From positions 1 to 50,639 of the forward strand of contig JAYSYW010000168.1 in NCBI GenBank assembly GCA_043727255.1: a DNA stretch of 50,639 bases, given 5' to 3'. The notes beneath the pieces were generated by a model. That model did no database searches. It had not been told where the DNA came from and worked only from the letters and a program-made list of their open reading frames with translations. A program made the translations under genes and the position numbers. Position 1 is the first letter of the stretch. Every line of letters starts with the position of its first letter. Below, one piece after another: positions 38,094 to 47,026 of the stretch. The DNA comes from Rhizobacter sp. (lineage in GTDB: Bacteria; Pseudomonadota; Gammaproteobacteria; Burkholderiales; Burkholderiaceae_C).

Positions 38094-39116
38094 TCAGGCG
38101 GTGCCGTTGCGCACGCTGTTCACCAGCGCGGCCACGGCGAGGCTCATGTTGATCGGCACCAACTCCATCACCTGCTGGCCGGGCTGCACGCGGAACAGTT
38201 CATCGGCAAAGCTGTGCCCGATCTGCGGCACGCCATGAAAGTCGATCTCGGCGCGGCGGAACTGCTGCAAGCGGCCGGCCACACGTTTGGCCTGTGCGCG
38301 TGACTCCAAGCCGTTGAGCGCCGACGCCATCAGGCGCAGCGGCACCACGGTGCGGTCGAACCCGGCCGCGTGGCCTTCCACGTTGTAGGCGTTGAGCACC
38401 GAATCGAGCGTGCGCGGGGTGTCGAGCGCGATGGCGGCGTAGACCGAGGTGCCGGCGTGCTTCAAGGGGCGGCCGGGTTGCCATGCGCCGGCGTCCCAGT
38501 CGCGTCGCTGGAAGGCCGCGTGGTTGGCGTGCAGGTCGAACACATCGGCCAGCCGTGAGGTGAAGAAGAGGCCCCGGCCGCTGTGGCGGTCGGGCTGGCT
38601 GGTGAGCTTGCCCTTGCTGAGTTCGAGCATCGCCAAGGTCGGGTCGTCGAGTGCGAACGACTGGTGGATGCGCTCGAACAGGCCGCAGCCGTCATCGGAC
38701 ACCAGCAACTGCACATGGGCCTGCGTTTGTCGCAACGAGACGGTGACGCTCGTGCCGCCGCTGTGGTCAATGGCGTTGTTGAGCAGTTCGCTGAAGCTGT
38801 GCTGCGTCATGCGGCGCACTTCACGCGGCAGGTGAAAGAAGGGCGCGAAGTCGCGTGACCAGGGCAGGTCTTCGTCCAGCCCGGCCAGCGCATAGCGCCG
38901 CACCACCTGGCGCAGCAGGCCGGCCTTGAAATGCGGCTTGCGGGGTGTGCCCTCGCGGGTCAGCCAGTTCAGCTCGATCAGGCGCTTCAGGGCCTTGTTG
39001 GCGGTGGCACGCTTCACGCCCAGGTGCGCGGCCAGCGCGTCGGCCAGATCGTGTGGGTGCTGCGCCGCAGCCGGGGTGACCCATTGGGTCAATGCGTTGA
39101 TGTCGATGCGCGCCAT
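38094..39116 (-). CDS. HTH + HATPase + DUF4325 (STAS-like) protein
   Basis: N-terminal helix-turn-helix, ELLNNAIDHS, DDGCG, HSGRGLFF, C-terminal SRAQAKR...IDFHGV..IGHSFADELF. Confidence 0.8.
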   Translation of the reverse strand: MARIDINALTQWVTPAAAQHPHDLADALAAHLGVKRATANKALKRLIELNWLTREGTPRKPHFKAGLLRQVVRRYALAGLDEDLPWSRDFAPFFHLPREVRRMTQHSFSELLNNAIDHSGGTSVTVSLRQTQAHVQLLVSDDGCGLFERIHQSFALDDPTLAMLELSKGKLTSQPDRHSGRGLFFTSRLADVFDLHANHAAFQRRDWDAGAWQPGRPLKHAGTSVYAAIALDTPRTLDSVLNAYNVEGHAAGFDRTVVPLRLMASALNGLESRAQAKRVAGRLQQFRRAEIDFHGVPQIGHSFADELFRVQPGQQVMELVPINMSLAVAALVNSVRNGTA

Positions 39117-39396
39117 GGTGTTCGCTCCACTCCAGTCCAGGTGGACAGTGTCGACGCCGGGGTGGCCGACTTGAACCGGAAAAGCGCCGCTTTTGGCGCC
39201 CATTTCGGTTCACGAAACGGCGCTTGGCGCGGGTGGCGACCCCGCAGACCGGGAGGGGGGAATGCGGGTTGCACCGGGGGTGCGTCGCTACAATCTGCGC
39301 AGTTTTGGCGCGGTCCACGCCGGCTGCGGTTGCCTTCGCGCACCGCCCTCACGCCGCCACGCGCCCCCACCGTTTCGTCACTTCCTGGGGATAGCC

Positions 39397-40461
39397 ATGC
39401 CACTCGTTTCAATGCGCCAACTGCTCGACCACGCCGCCGAATGCGGCTACGGCATTCCGGCATTCAACGTCAACAACCTCGAACAAGTGCAGGCGGTGAT
39501 GCAAGCCGCCGACGAGGTCGGCGCCCCGGTGATCCTGCAAGCCAGCGCGGGTGCCCGCAAGTACGCCGGCGAGGCCTTCATCAAGCACCTGATCCAGGCC
39601 GCGATCGAGGCTTACCCGCACATCCCGCTGGTCATGCACCAAGACCACGGCCAGTCGCCCGCCATCTGCCAGGGGGCCATCGACCTGGGCTTTGGCTCGG
39701 TGATGATGGACGGCTCGCTGCGTGAAGACGGCAAGACCCCCGCCGACTTCAACTACAACGTCGAAGTCACCCGCAAGGTCGTGCAAATGGCCCACAAGGT
39801 TGGCGTGACGGTCGAAGGCGAACTTGGTTGCCTGGGCAACTTGGAGACGGGTGACGCCGGCGAAGAAGACGGCATCGGCGCAGTGGGCAAGCTTGACCAC
39901 AGCCAGATGCTCACCGACCCCGAAGAGGCGGCGGTCTTCGTGCGCGAAACCCAGCTCGACGCGCTGGCCATCGCCATCGGCACCAGCCACGGCGCCTACA
40001 AGTTCTCGCGCAAGCCCACGGGCGACATCTTGGCGATCTCGCGTGTGAAAGAGATCCACAAGCGCATCCCCAACACCCACCTGGTGATGCACGGTTCGTC
40101 GTCGGTGCCGGCCGACCTGCTGGCGATCATCAACCAGTACGGCGGCAAGATGAAAGAGACCTATGGCGTGCCGGTCGAAGAGATCCAGGAAGCCATCAAA
40201 CACGGCGTGCGCAAGATCAACATCGACACCGACATCCGCTTGGCGATGACCGGTGCGGTGCGCAAGTTCTTGTTCGAGAACCCCGACAAGTTCGACGCCC
40301 GCGAGTGGCTCAAGCCCGCCCGCGAAGCCGCCAAGGCCATCTGCAAGCAGCGCTACATCGAGTTCGGCTGCGAAGGCCAGGCCGGCAAGATCAAGCCGTT
40401 GACGCTCGCGCAGATCGCGCAGAAGTACCAACAAGGCGAGCTGGCCCAGCTTGTGGCCTGA
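39397..40461 (+). CDS. fba: Fructose-bisphosphate aldolase class II
   Basis: [41 protein letters not shown]. Confidence 0.98.
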   Translation: MPLVSMRQLLDHAAECGYGIPAFNVNNLEQVQAVMQAADEVGAPVILQASAGARKYAGEAFIKHLIQAAIEAYPHIPLVMHQDHGQSPAICQGAIDLGFGSVMMDGSLREDGKTPADFNYNVEVTRKVVQMAHKVGVTVEGELGCLGNLETGDAGEEDGIGAVGKLDHSQMLTDPEEAAVFVRETQLDALAIAIGTSHGAYKFSRKPTGDILAISRVKEIHKRIPNTHLVMHGSSSVPADLLAIINQYGGKMKETYGVPVEEIQEAIKHGVRKINIDTDIRLAMTGAVRKFLFENPDKFDAREWLKPAREAAKAICKQRYIEFGCEGQAGKIKPLTLAQIAQKYQQGELAQLVA

Positions 40462-40493
40462 TCCGCTTGGCATACCGCGTTTGCCTGACCCAC

Positions 40494-40518
40494 AGGCCGC
40501 CAGCAGGCGGCCTTTTTT
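40494..40518 (+). terminator. Rho-independent terminator after fba
   Basis: AGGCCGCC-AGCA-GGCGGCCT followed by a T run. Confidence 0.85.
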
Positions 40519-40567
40519 ACGTGCGCGCCCAACGTAAACTACCCGCCACACGAAACCAGAGATCGCG

Positions 40568-43500
40568 ATGACTGGCAAAAAAGTCCGAGGCGGTTCCAGG
40601 GATGAGACTCCTATTCTGAATGGCCCTTACGACGAGCCCCAGTTTCACTACGCGACCACGCCTGACGGCAACCTCGACTACCGCGACAAACGCCCTGGCC
40701 GACGCATCTTTGCGCCCGAGACGCCCCAAGTTCCCTTGGGGTCTGAGGCTCAAGGCGGGATGTTCGACATCAACGACTTCTCTGCCAGGTACCGCGACCA
40801 ACTGGTCAATCAGCTCCGCGAGCAAGTGACCGCGTGGCGCAAAGAGGGCTATGCCGGCGTGACCAGCCGGGTGACCCGAGACTTGCTTTCGTTCTGGTTC
40901 GAGAACCCTGAGCGGCCCGCGTGGCAGCGCCTTTTCTACGCCCAGAGAGAGGCGGTCGAAACGGCCATCTGGCTCAACGAAGTCGCCGAGAAGTCCAACG
41001 CGGGCACCCATTTGCTGAACCAGCTTCGCGAGGCTCGGCAAACCGTGGGCACGGGTGACGATGTGCTGCCCCGCATGGCCTTCAAGATGGCCACTGGCAC
41101 GGGCAAGACCGTGGTCATGGCCTGCCTGATCGTCTACCACTACCTCAACCGCAACCAGTACCGCAACGACGCGCGATACGCCGACTACTTTTTGTTGATC
41201 GCCCCCGGGGTCACCATCCGTGACCGGCTGAGTGTGTTGCGGGTGGACACCCATGCCGCCAGCGACATCGACGCGCAGGACTACTACCGGCAACGCAAGT
41301 TGGTGCCTCCTGCCTATGCCGGTTTGCTGGAAGGTTTGAACGCCCGCATCGTCATCACCAACTACCACGCCTTCGAGCAGCGTCTGATAGGGGGCAACAA
41401 AAAGAGCCCGCTCGACGGAAAGATCGGTGCCGACGGCAAGAAGGTCGAAGCGCGCGAAGACGAAGCACTGATGCTCAAGCGTGTGCTGGGCCCATTCAAG
41501 CCCGGGCGACGTCTGCTGGTGCTCAACGACGAGGCCCACCACTGCTACCTGCCCCGGGCCAAGGGCCGAGACACCGAAGAAGAACAAAGCGCCACTGAAA
41601 ACGAACGTGCGGCGGTCTGGTTTTCGGGTGTTCGTGCCATTGCCAGGCGCTGGCAGGTGCGCAGTGTGTATGACCTGTCTGCAACGCCTTACTACCTGTC
41701 CGGCTCTGGGTGGCCTGCGTACAGCTACTTCCCTTGGGTCGTCACCGATTTCAGTCTGATCGAAGCCATCGAGGCCGGCTTGGTCAAGATTCCCTTTCTG
41801 CCGGTGGATGACAGCTCGCAGGCCATCGGCGAGCCGGTGTTGCGTCATCTTTATGAGCACTGCAAAGAGTCGCTGCCACGCAAGGGCCAACGAACGACGC
41901 GCAAAGAAGCCGCAGACACGACCGAGAAAAAAGCCAAACCACGCAAAGGTGGGCAAACGGCTTTTGAGGCCCCACCTGAGCTGCCGGCCTTGCTGCGCAA
42001 TGCACTTGAGCAGTTCTACCGGCACTACGAAGCCTACGAACAAGGCTTGCGCGAGCAAGGTGAACAGTCTCGCGACTTGTACAGCGCTCCGCCCGTCTTC
42101 ATCGTGGTGTGCAGCAACACCACCGTCTCGAAAGAAATCTACAAACTGCTTGCGGGCTATGAAACCCTCGACGAACGCGGCAACCCCTTTGCCGTGCCGG
42201 GCACGCTGCCCCTGTTCTCGAATTTCGACCCGGTGACGCGGGCCGCGCGTCGCAAGCCACCCACCTTGCTGATCGACTCCGATGCGCTTGAGCACTCGGG
42301 GCAGATTGACGAAGACTTCAAACGTGTTTTTGCGCCCGAGATTCAGGCTTTCAAACGCGACTACCGGGTGACCCACCCCGAGAAATCGCTTGATGCGCTG
42401 TCAGACGCAGACATCCTGCGCGAAGTGGTCAACACCGTGGGCCGCGAGGGCAAGCTGGGCCAGCACATTCGTTGCGTGGTCAGCGTGGGCATGCTGACGG
42501 AGGGCTGGGATGCCAACACCGTCACCCACATCGTCGGTGTGCGTGCGTTCGGCTCACAACTGCTGTGCGAGCAAGTGGCCGGTCGGGCGTTGCGCAGGCG
42601 TCAGTACTTCATCGACCCCAAGACCGGCAAGTTCCCGCCCGAGTACGCGCACATCATCGGCGTGCCCTTCAAGTTTTTCAAAGGCGGGCAGACCGAGCTG
42701 CCCCCGCCGCAAGACATCAAGTTGCTGCGGGCACTCGACGAGCGCAGCGAACTGGCGATTGAGTTCCCCAACCTCGTGGGCTACCGCATCGAACATGCGC
42801 ACGACGTGGTGCGTGCCGACTTTTCGGGCACACCGAAGTTTGCGATCGACCTGCACCGCATGCCCGTGCGCACCGAACTCGGCAATGCGTTTTCATCAGA
42901 ACGCGACGAACTGCGGGCCGACCCCTCCCGCGTGCGCGACCAAGAGGTGGTGTACTGGATCGCCAGCCGTGTGCTCTCGCGCTACTTCCGCGACGAAGCC
43001 GGCCGTCCCCAATTGGAAAAGTTCGGTGACCTGCGTCGCATCGCGCAAGTCTGGTACGACACAAAGATCGAACTCATCGGCGAGACCGACCCCCGCTTCA
43101 AGCGCCTCGTGCGCTTTGAAGACGAAGCCCGTGTCATCGCCAGTGTTCACCAAGGCATTGAAGCCGCCGCCGTTGAAGAAGGGTTGCAGGGTCAGGCCAG
43201 CATCGTGCCCTTGCTCAACCGCTACAACCCCCGGGGCTCGACCCACCACGTGCACGCGGCCACCATCAAGCCGGTGTTCCCCACCAAAAAGAGCCACGTC
43301 AACCTCGTGGTCGCCGACACCGGCAGTTGGGAGCAGATCGCAGCCAAAACCTTCGAGCAGATCGACGCCGTTGAGAGCTACGTCAAAAACGCCTTTCTCG
43401 GTTTTGACGTGCCCTACGTTGACAACACCGGGGCAGAGCGGCGCTACCAGCCCGACTTTCTCTGCCGGGTGCGCACCCCGGGCGGTGAGCTTTTCAACCT

Positions 43501-43825
43501 CATCGTCGAGATCACTGGTTTTGCCAAAGACAAAGAAGCCAAGCGCTACTACGTGCAGCAACGTTGGCTGCCGGCCGTGAACACACAGCGCGAGCGCCTG
43601 GGCCTTGCCCCTTGGCACTTTGTCGAAGTGACAGACATCGAGCGCATCAAAAACCAGCTCACCGACGAGATTGAACGCGTCTCACGACAGATCGACTACG
43701 CGATAGACAACTCTGCATGGGGAGTGTTCAAACTGTTGTTGGCATTGCCTGACGACATGTTCCCCACGGAACGCCACGACCCATTCCCTGAAGTTCGCCC
43801 TGGCCTGCTGGACGACGACACATGA
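40568..43825 (+). CDS. res: Type III-like restriction subunit (Res; SF2 helicase plus PD-(D/E)xK nuclease, BPTD_3080-like) with VapB-like C-terminal tail
   Basis: KMATGTGKT (Walker A), LNDEAHH, LSATP, LTEGWD, EQVAGRALRR, YVKN, YQPDF...VEITG. Confidence 0.9.
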   Translation: MTGKKVRGGSRDETPILNGPYDEPQFHYATTPDGNLDYRDKRPGRRIFAPETPQVPLGSEAQGGMFDINDFSARYRDQLVNQLREQVTAWRKEGYAGVTSRVTRDLLSFWFENPERPAWQRLFYAQREAVETAIWLNEVAEKSNAGTHLLNQLREARQTVGTGDDVLPRMAFKMATGTGKTVVMACLIVYHYLNRNQYRNDARYADYFLLIAPGVTIRDRLSVLRVDTHAASDIDAQDYYRQRKLVPPAYAGLLEGLNARIVITNYHAFEQRLIGGNKKSPLDGKIGADGKKVEAREDEALMLKRVLGPFKPGRRLLVLNDEAHHCYLPRAKGRDTEEEQSATENERAAVWFSGVRAIARRWQVRSVYDLSATPYYLSGSGWPAYSYFPWVVTDFSLIEAIEAGLVKIPFLPVDDSSQAIGEPVLRHLYEHCKESLPRKGQRTTRKEAADTTEKKAKPRKGGQTAFEAPPELPALLRNALEQFYRHYEAYEQGLREQGEQSRDLYSAPPVFIVVCSNTTVSKEIYKLLAGYETLDERGNPFAVPGTLPLFSNFDPVTRAARRKPPTLLIDSDALEHSGQIDEDFKRVFAPEIQAFKRDYRVTHPEKSLDALSDADILREVVNTVGREGKLGQHIRCVVSVGMLTEGWDANTVTHIVGVRAFGSQLLCEQVAGRALRRRQYFIDPKTGKFPPEYAHIIGVPFKFFKGGQTELPPPQDIKLLRALDERSELAIEFPNLVGYRIEHAHDVVRADFSGTPKFAIDLHRMPVRTELGNAFSSERDELRADPSRVRDQEVVYWIASRVLSRYFRDEAGRPQLEKFGDLRRIAQVWYDTKIELIGETDPRFKRLVRFEDEARVIASVHQGIEAAAVEEGLQGQASIVPLLNRYNPRGSTHHVHAATIKPVFPTKKSHVNLVVADTGSWEQIAAKTFEQIDAVESYVKNAFLGFDVPYVDNTGAERRYQPDFLCRVRTPGGELFNLIVEITGFAKDKEAKRYYVQQRWLPAVNTQRERLGLAPWHFVEVTDIERIKNQLTDEIERVSRQIDYAIDNSAWGVFKLLLALPDDMFPTERHDPFPEVRPGLLDDDT

Positions 43826-44298
43826 CCCCCCTTCGTTACCTGCTCGACACCAACGCCTGCATCGCAATTCGCAACAACCTCAAGGGTCAAACGAGCAAAG
43901 ACCCCACACGGCAGGCCGCCGCCCAGCGGCTCATCGACAAATGCAAGGCCTTGCCGGCATCGACCCTGGCCATGTCGTTCATCACCTTGGGTGAACTGTC
44001 GCTGTGGGCGCAAAAGCACCGCGACGCTGCCCAGGCCCGGCAACTGCTCGGCCAGCTGCAAGCGAAAGTCACCGTGCTTGGCCTGCCCGTCGGGCCGGGC
44101 GGGGCGGGGCAGGCCGCCGATGTGGCCGAGCACTACGGCGCCGTGCGTGCCGAACTCGAAACCGCCGGCGAACGCATCGGTGCCAATGACCTGTGGATTG
44201 CCGCTCATGCGCGGTCGCTCGGGCTGACCGTGGTCACGGGCAACACCCGCGAGTTCAAGCGCGTGAATGGCCTCACGGTCGAAGACTGGACGGCCTGA
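43822..44298 (+). CDS. vapC: VapC family PIN-domain ribonuclease toxin
   Basis: YLLDTN (D9), ITLGEL (E58), IGANDLWIAAHA (D123), VTGNTREF (N141/E144), VEDW; ATGA overlap with res. Confidence 0.93.
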   Translation: MTPLRYLLDTNACIAIRNNLKGQTSKDPTRQAAAQRLIDKCKALPASTLAMSFITLGELSLWAQKHRDAAQARQLLGQLQAKVTVLGLPVGPGGAGQAADVAEHYGAVRAELETAGERIGANDLWIAAHARSLGLTVVTGNTREFKRVNGLTVEDWTA

Positions 44299-44300
44299 GC

Positions 44301-46949
44301 ATGGCAACAAAACCCCGCACTCCGAAGAAGCCCGCCGCGCCTAAGGCCAGCGCGGGCGACAGCGCCAAGGGCAGCCACCAGCCCGTCGATGCCATCGAGC
44401 ATGCGGCCGAACGGCCGTTCATCCCCAGCCGCGAAGAAGCGGGCTGGGAAGCCGAAGCCATTGCCGGGCGGCCTACGGTCAAGAGCGTGCCCTTGAACCC
44501 CGTGACCCACCGCGGGCAAGACCCCGAGCTGTACTGGCTGGGCAAATACGGCAGCACCGACGCGCAAACCGCGCTTGACGTGGACATTCGCAGCCTCTAC
44601 CGCCACGAGCACATCGCCCCCGAGACCTTGATCTCGCGGCTTTACCGCTTCAAAAACCGCGAGGCTTCGCAGAACGACCTGTTCGTCAACGAGTTGCATG
44701 GCAACCCGCTGGCACTCGACGAAGACCAGAAGCCGGGGGCCTATTACCACCGCAAAGACAAGTGGCAAAACCGGCTGATTCAGGGTGACAGCCTGCTGGT
44801 GATGACCAGCCTGCTCGAACGCGAAGGCATGGCCGGCCAGGTGCAATGCATCTACATCGACCCGCCGTATGGCATCAAGTACGGCAGCAACTGGCAGATG
44901 CGCATGAACGACCGCAACGTCAAAGACGGCGCGGACGACAACCTCAGCGGTGAGGGCGAAGTCATCAAGGCCTTCCGCGACACCTGGGAGCTGGGCATCC
45001 ACTCATACCTCAGCTATCTGCGGGACCGTTTGCTGGTGGCGAAGGAGTTGTTGACAGCGAGCGGATCGTGTTTTGTGCAGATCAACGATGAGAACGTGCA
45101 CCTTGTGCGAAATCTCGCCGACGAAGTTTTCGGCAGTGAGAACTACGTCGTGACCTTGGTCGTTAAGAAAAAGTCCGCTACGAGTCAGACTGAATCAGTC
45201 AACGACTTCATTTTGTGGTGTACGAAAAACTTTGAAGAGGCGAGGAAGAAGTTTCGGAAGCTCACTGTCGCGAAGGATCCGTTTGCTGAAAAGAGCCGCT
45301 ACAAATGGATCGAGTTTTTAGACGGCGAGAGGAAGTTGGTGAAGGAGTGCTCCGACGATGAATTGCGAGCCCCTGGTATTCGTCTCCTCAATGATGACTA
45401 CCCGTTGGTCAGCCAGGACGAGAGCGAAGCACGTAGCAAGCCCTACTACCTTGAAGGCGATCCCCAGCCGTACAACCCAGGGAAGGGGCGGCACTGGACT
45501 TATGACCCTGAGGTCGGGATGAAGCGCCTTGAGACGCTCAACCGGCTTCGAGCCGCCAATAAGACCCTCAGAGGGGTCGTGTATCACGACGACTACCCGC
45601 GTGAAGCGCTCTCGAACATCTGGGACTTTCATGGCGAGCGTGCACCACAGTATGTTGTGCAAACAAACAGGGGAATCGTTGAGCGCTGCATTTTGATGAC
45701 CACCGACCCGGGTGATTTAGTACTGGACCCCACCTGCGGCTCTGGAACGACCGCCTACGTTGCTGAGCAGTGGGGACGGCGCTGGATCACAACCGATACG
45801 TCACGTATCGCGCTCAACATTGCGAAGACTCGGCTGATGACAGCGGTCTTTCCCTGGTATCGACTGAAGGACCCCGCAGGCGAAGATATTCGTTTTGGGT
45901 TTGACTACAAGCAAGTGACGAACATTACGCTGAAGTCGCTAGCGAACGATCAGTTACCGGATGTTGAGGACTTGTTTGATGCCCCGCATGAAGACAAGAA
46001 AAAGCTGCGTGTCGCCGGCCCGTTCACCGTCGAAACCTTGCAAGGTTTCGAGCCACTGCCCCCCGACGCCATCGACGAAGCCAACACCTCGACGGACAAC
46101 GTGCAGCGCTTCACCGAACGGGTGTTCGAGCACCTCAAACATGCGGGCATCAAAAACGGTCTGAAGAACGAAACCGCCGTCTTCAACCGGGTCGACATGC
46201 TCAATGAAGACTCGGGCAGCCTGCACGCCGAGGGCTGGTACGGCAGTGCCGAGGGCGAGCGCAAGGCTTACTTCCACATCGGCCCGCAGTTCGGCACGGT
46301 GAGCCGCAAGTCGGTGAACGACGCCATTCGGGCGTGCAGCCGGCGGGCCGATGCCGACTGGCTGGTGATTTTGGGCTTTGGCTTCGAGAGCGATGTGGAC
46401 AACCGGCAGGTCACGCTCAAGGTCGGCAGCTTCGAGGTCACCAAGGTGCGCATGCACGACGACCTGATGCAAGACGGCCTGATCAAAAAAGACAAAAAGG
46501 CCGCCAGCTTTGTGACCATCGGCGAGCCCGAGATCGGCCTCATCGATGCCACCCTGCCCGACGGCCGCGCCGCCAAGCAGGTTGAAATCTTGGGCCTCGA
46601 CATCTACGACCCGATTGCCGACGAGGTGAAGCCACGCAGCGCGGCCGACATCTCTTACTGGATGGTGGACGACGACTACGACGGGGCCAGCTTCATCGCG
46701 CGGCAGGTGTTTTTCTGCGGCGGCGACCACGACGAGTTCGACAAGTACAAGCGTGGCCTGTCGCAACTGGCCGCCGCGAGCGTGAAGGCGAAGGTCGAGC
46801 GCACCTTGAAGGTCGAGATCGACGACGAGGCTTTCGAGCGGGTGTATGGCTTCAAGTCGCACCCCATCGAGGCCACACGCGGGCGTCGAGTGGCTGTGCG
46901 GGTGGTGAGCCAGTTTGGTGAGGAAAGCACCAAGGTGTTGAGCATCTGA
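44301..46949 (+). CDS. mod: Type III-like site-specific DNA methyltransferase (Mod, beta-class amino-MTase)
   Basis: NRLIQGDSL, catalytic IYIDPPY, then variable TRD, then SAM-binding [11 protein letters not shown]; C-terminal [12 protein letters not shown]. Confidence 0.92.
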   Translation: MATKPRTPKKPAAPKASAGDSAKGSHQPVDAIEHAAERPFIPSREEAGWEAEAIAGRPTVKSVPLNPVTHRGQDPELYWLGKYGSTDAQTALDVDIRSLYRHEHIAPETLISRLYRFKNREASQNDLFVNELHGNPLALDEDQKPGAYYHRKDKWQNRLIQGDSLLVMTSLLEREGMAGQVQCIYIDPPYGIKYGSNWQMRMNDRNVKDGADDNLSGEGEVIKAFRDTWELGIHSYLSYLRDRLLVAKELLTASGSCFVQINDENVHLVRNLADEVFGSENYVVTLVVKKKSATSQTESVNDFILWCTKNFEEARKKFRKLTVAKDPFAEKSRYKWIEFLDGERKLVKECSDDELRAPGIRLLNDDYPLVSQDESEARSKPYYLEGDPQPYNPGKGRHWTYDPEVGMKRLETLNRLRAANKTLRGVVYHDDYPREALSNIWDFHGERAPQYVVQTNRGIVERCILMTTDPGDLVLDPTCGSGTTAYVAEQWGRRWITTDTSRIALNIAKTRLMTAVFPWYRLKDPAGEDIRFGFDYKQVTNITLKSLANDQLPDVEDLFDAPHEDKKKLRVAGPFTVETLQGFEPLPPDAIDEANTSTDNVQRFTERVFEHLKHAGIKNGLKNETAVFNRVDMLNEDSGSLHAEGWYGSAEGERKAYFHIGPQFGTVSRKSVNDAIRACSRRADADWLVILGFGFESDVDNRQVTLKVGSFEVTKVRMHDDLMQDGLIKKDKKAASFVTIGEPEIGLIDATLPDGRAAKQVEILGLDIYDPIADEVKPRSAADISYWMVDDDYDGASFIARQVFFCGGDHDEFDKYKRGLSQLAAASVKAKVERTLKVEIDDEAFERVYGFKSHPIEATRGRRVAVRVVSQFGEESTKVLSI

Positions 46950-47026
46950 CCCCGCTTGCCACAGGCGCCTCTTTACAATTCACCCCAATGCCGGGATCAA
47001 CCAACGGGCTCCGCGCAAAACACACC

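Noticed and set aside
40517-42376. 619-aa antisense ORF within res (likewise 12505..14097, 34499..35692, 39409..40578) as a hidden gene or antitoxin
   Set aside because: Stop-poor antisense frames are expected opposite high-GC3 genes; no recognisable motifs.
44301-46949. Phase-variable simple sequence repeat in mod (phasevarion)
   Set aside because: No tandem repeat tract or long homopolymer seen in or upstream of mod.
40459-46970. Weak similarity between sequence after the fba stop (TGATCCGCTTGG...CCACAGGCCGCC) and after the mod stop (TGACCCCGCTTGCCACAGGCGCC) as att-like repeats
   Set aside because: Short, gapped and GC-rich; no integrase nearby; cannot be distinguished from chance.
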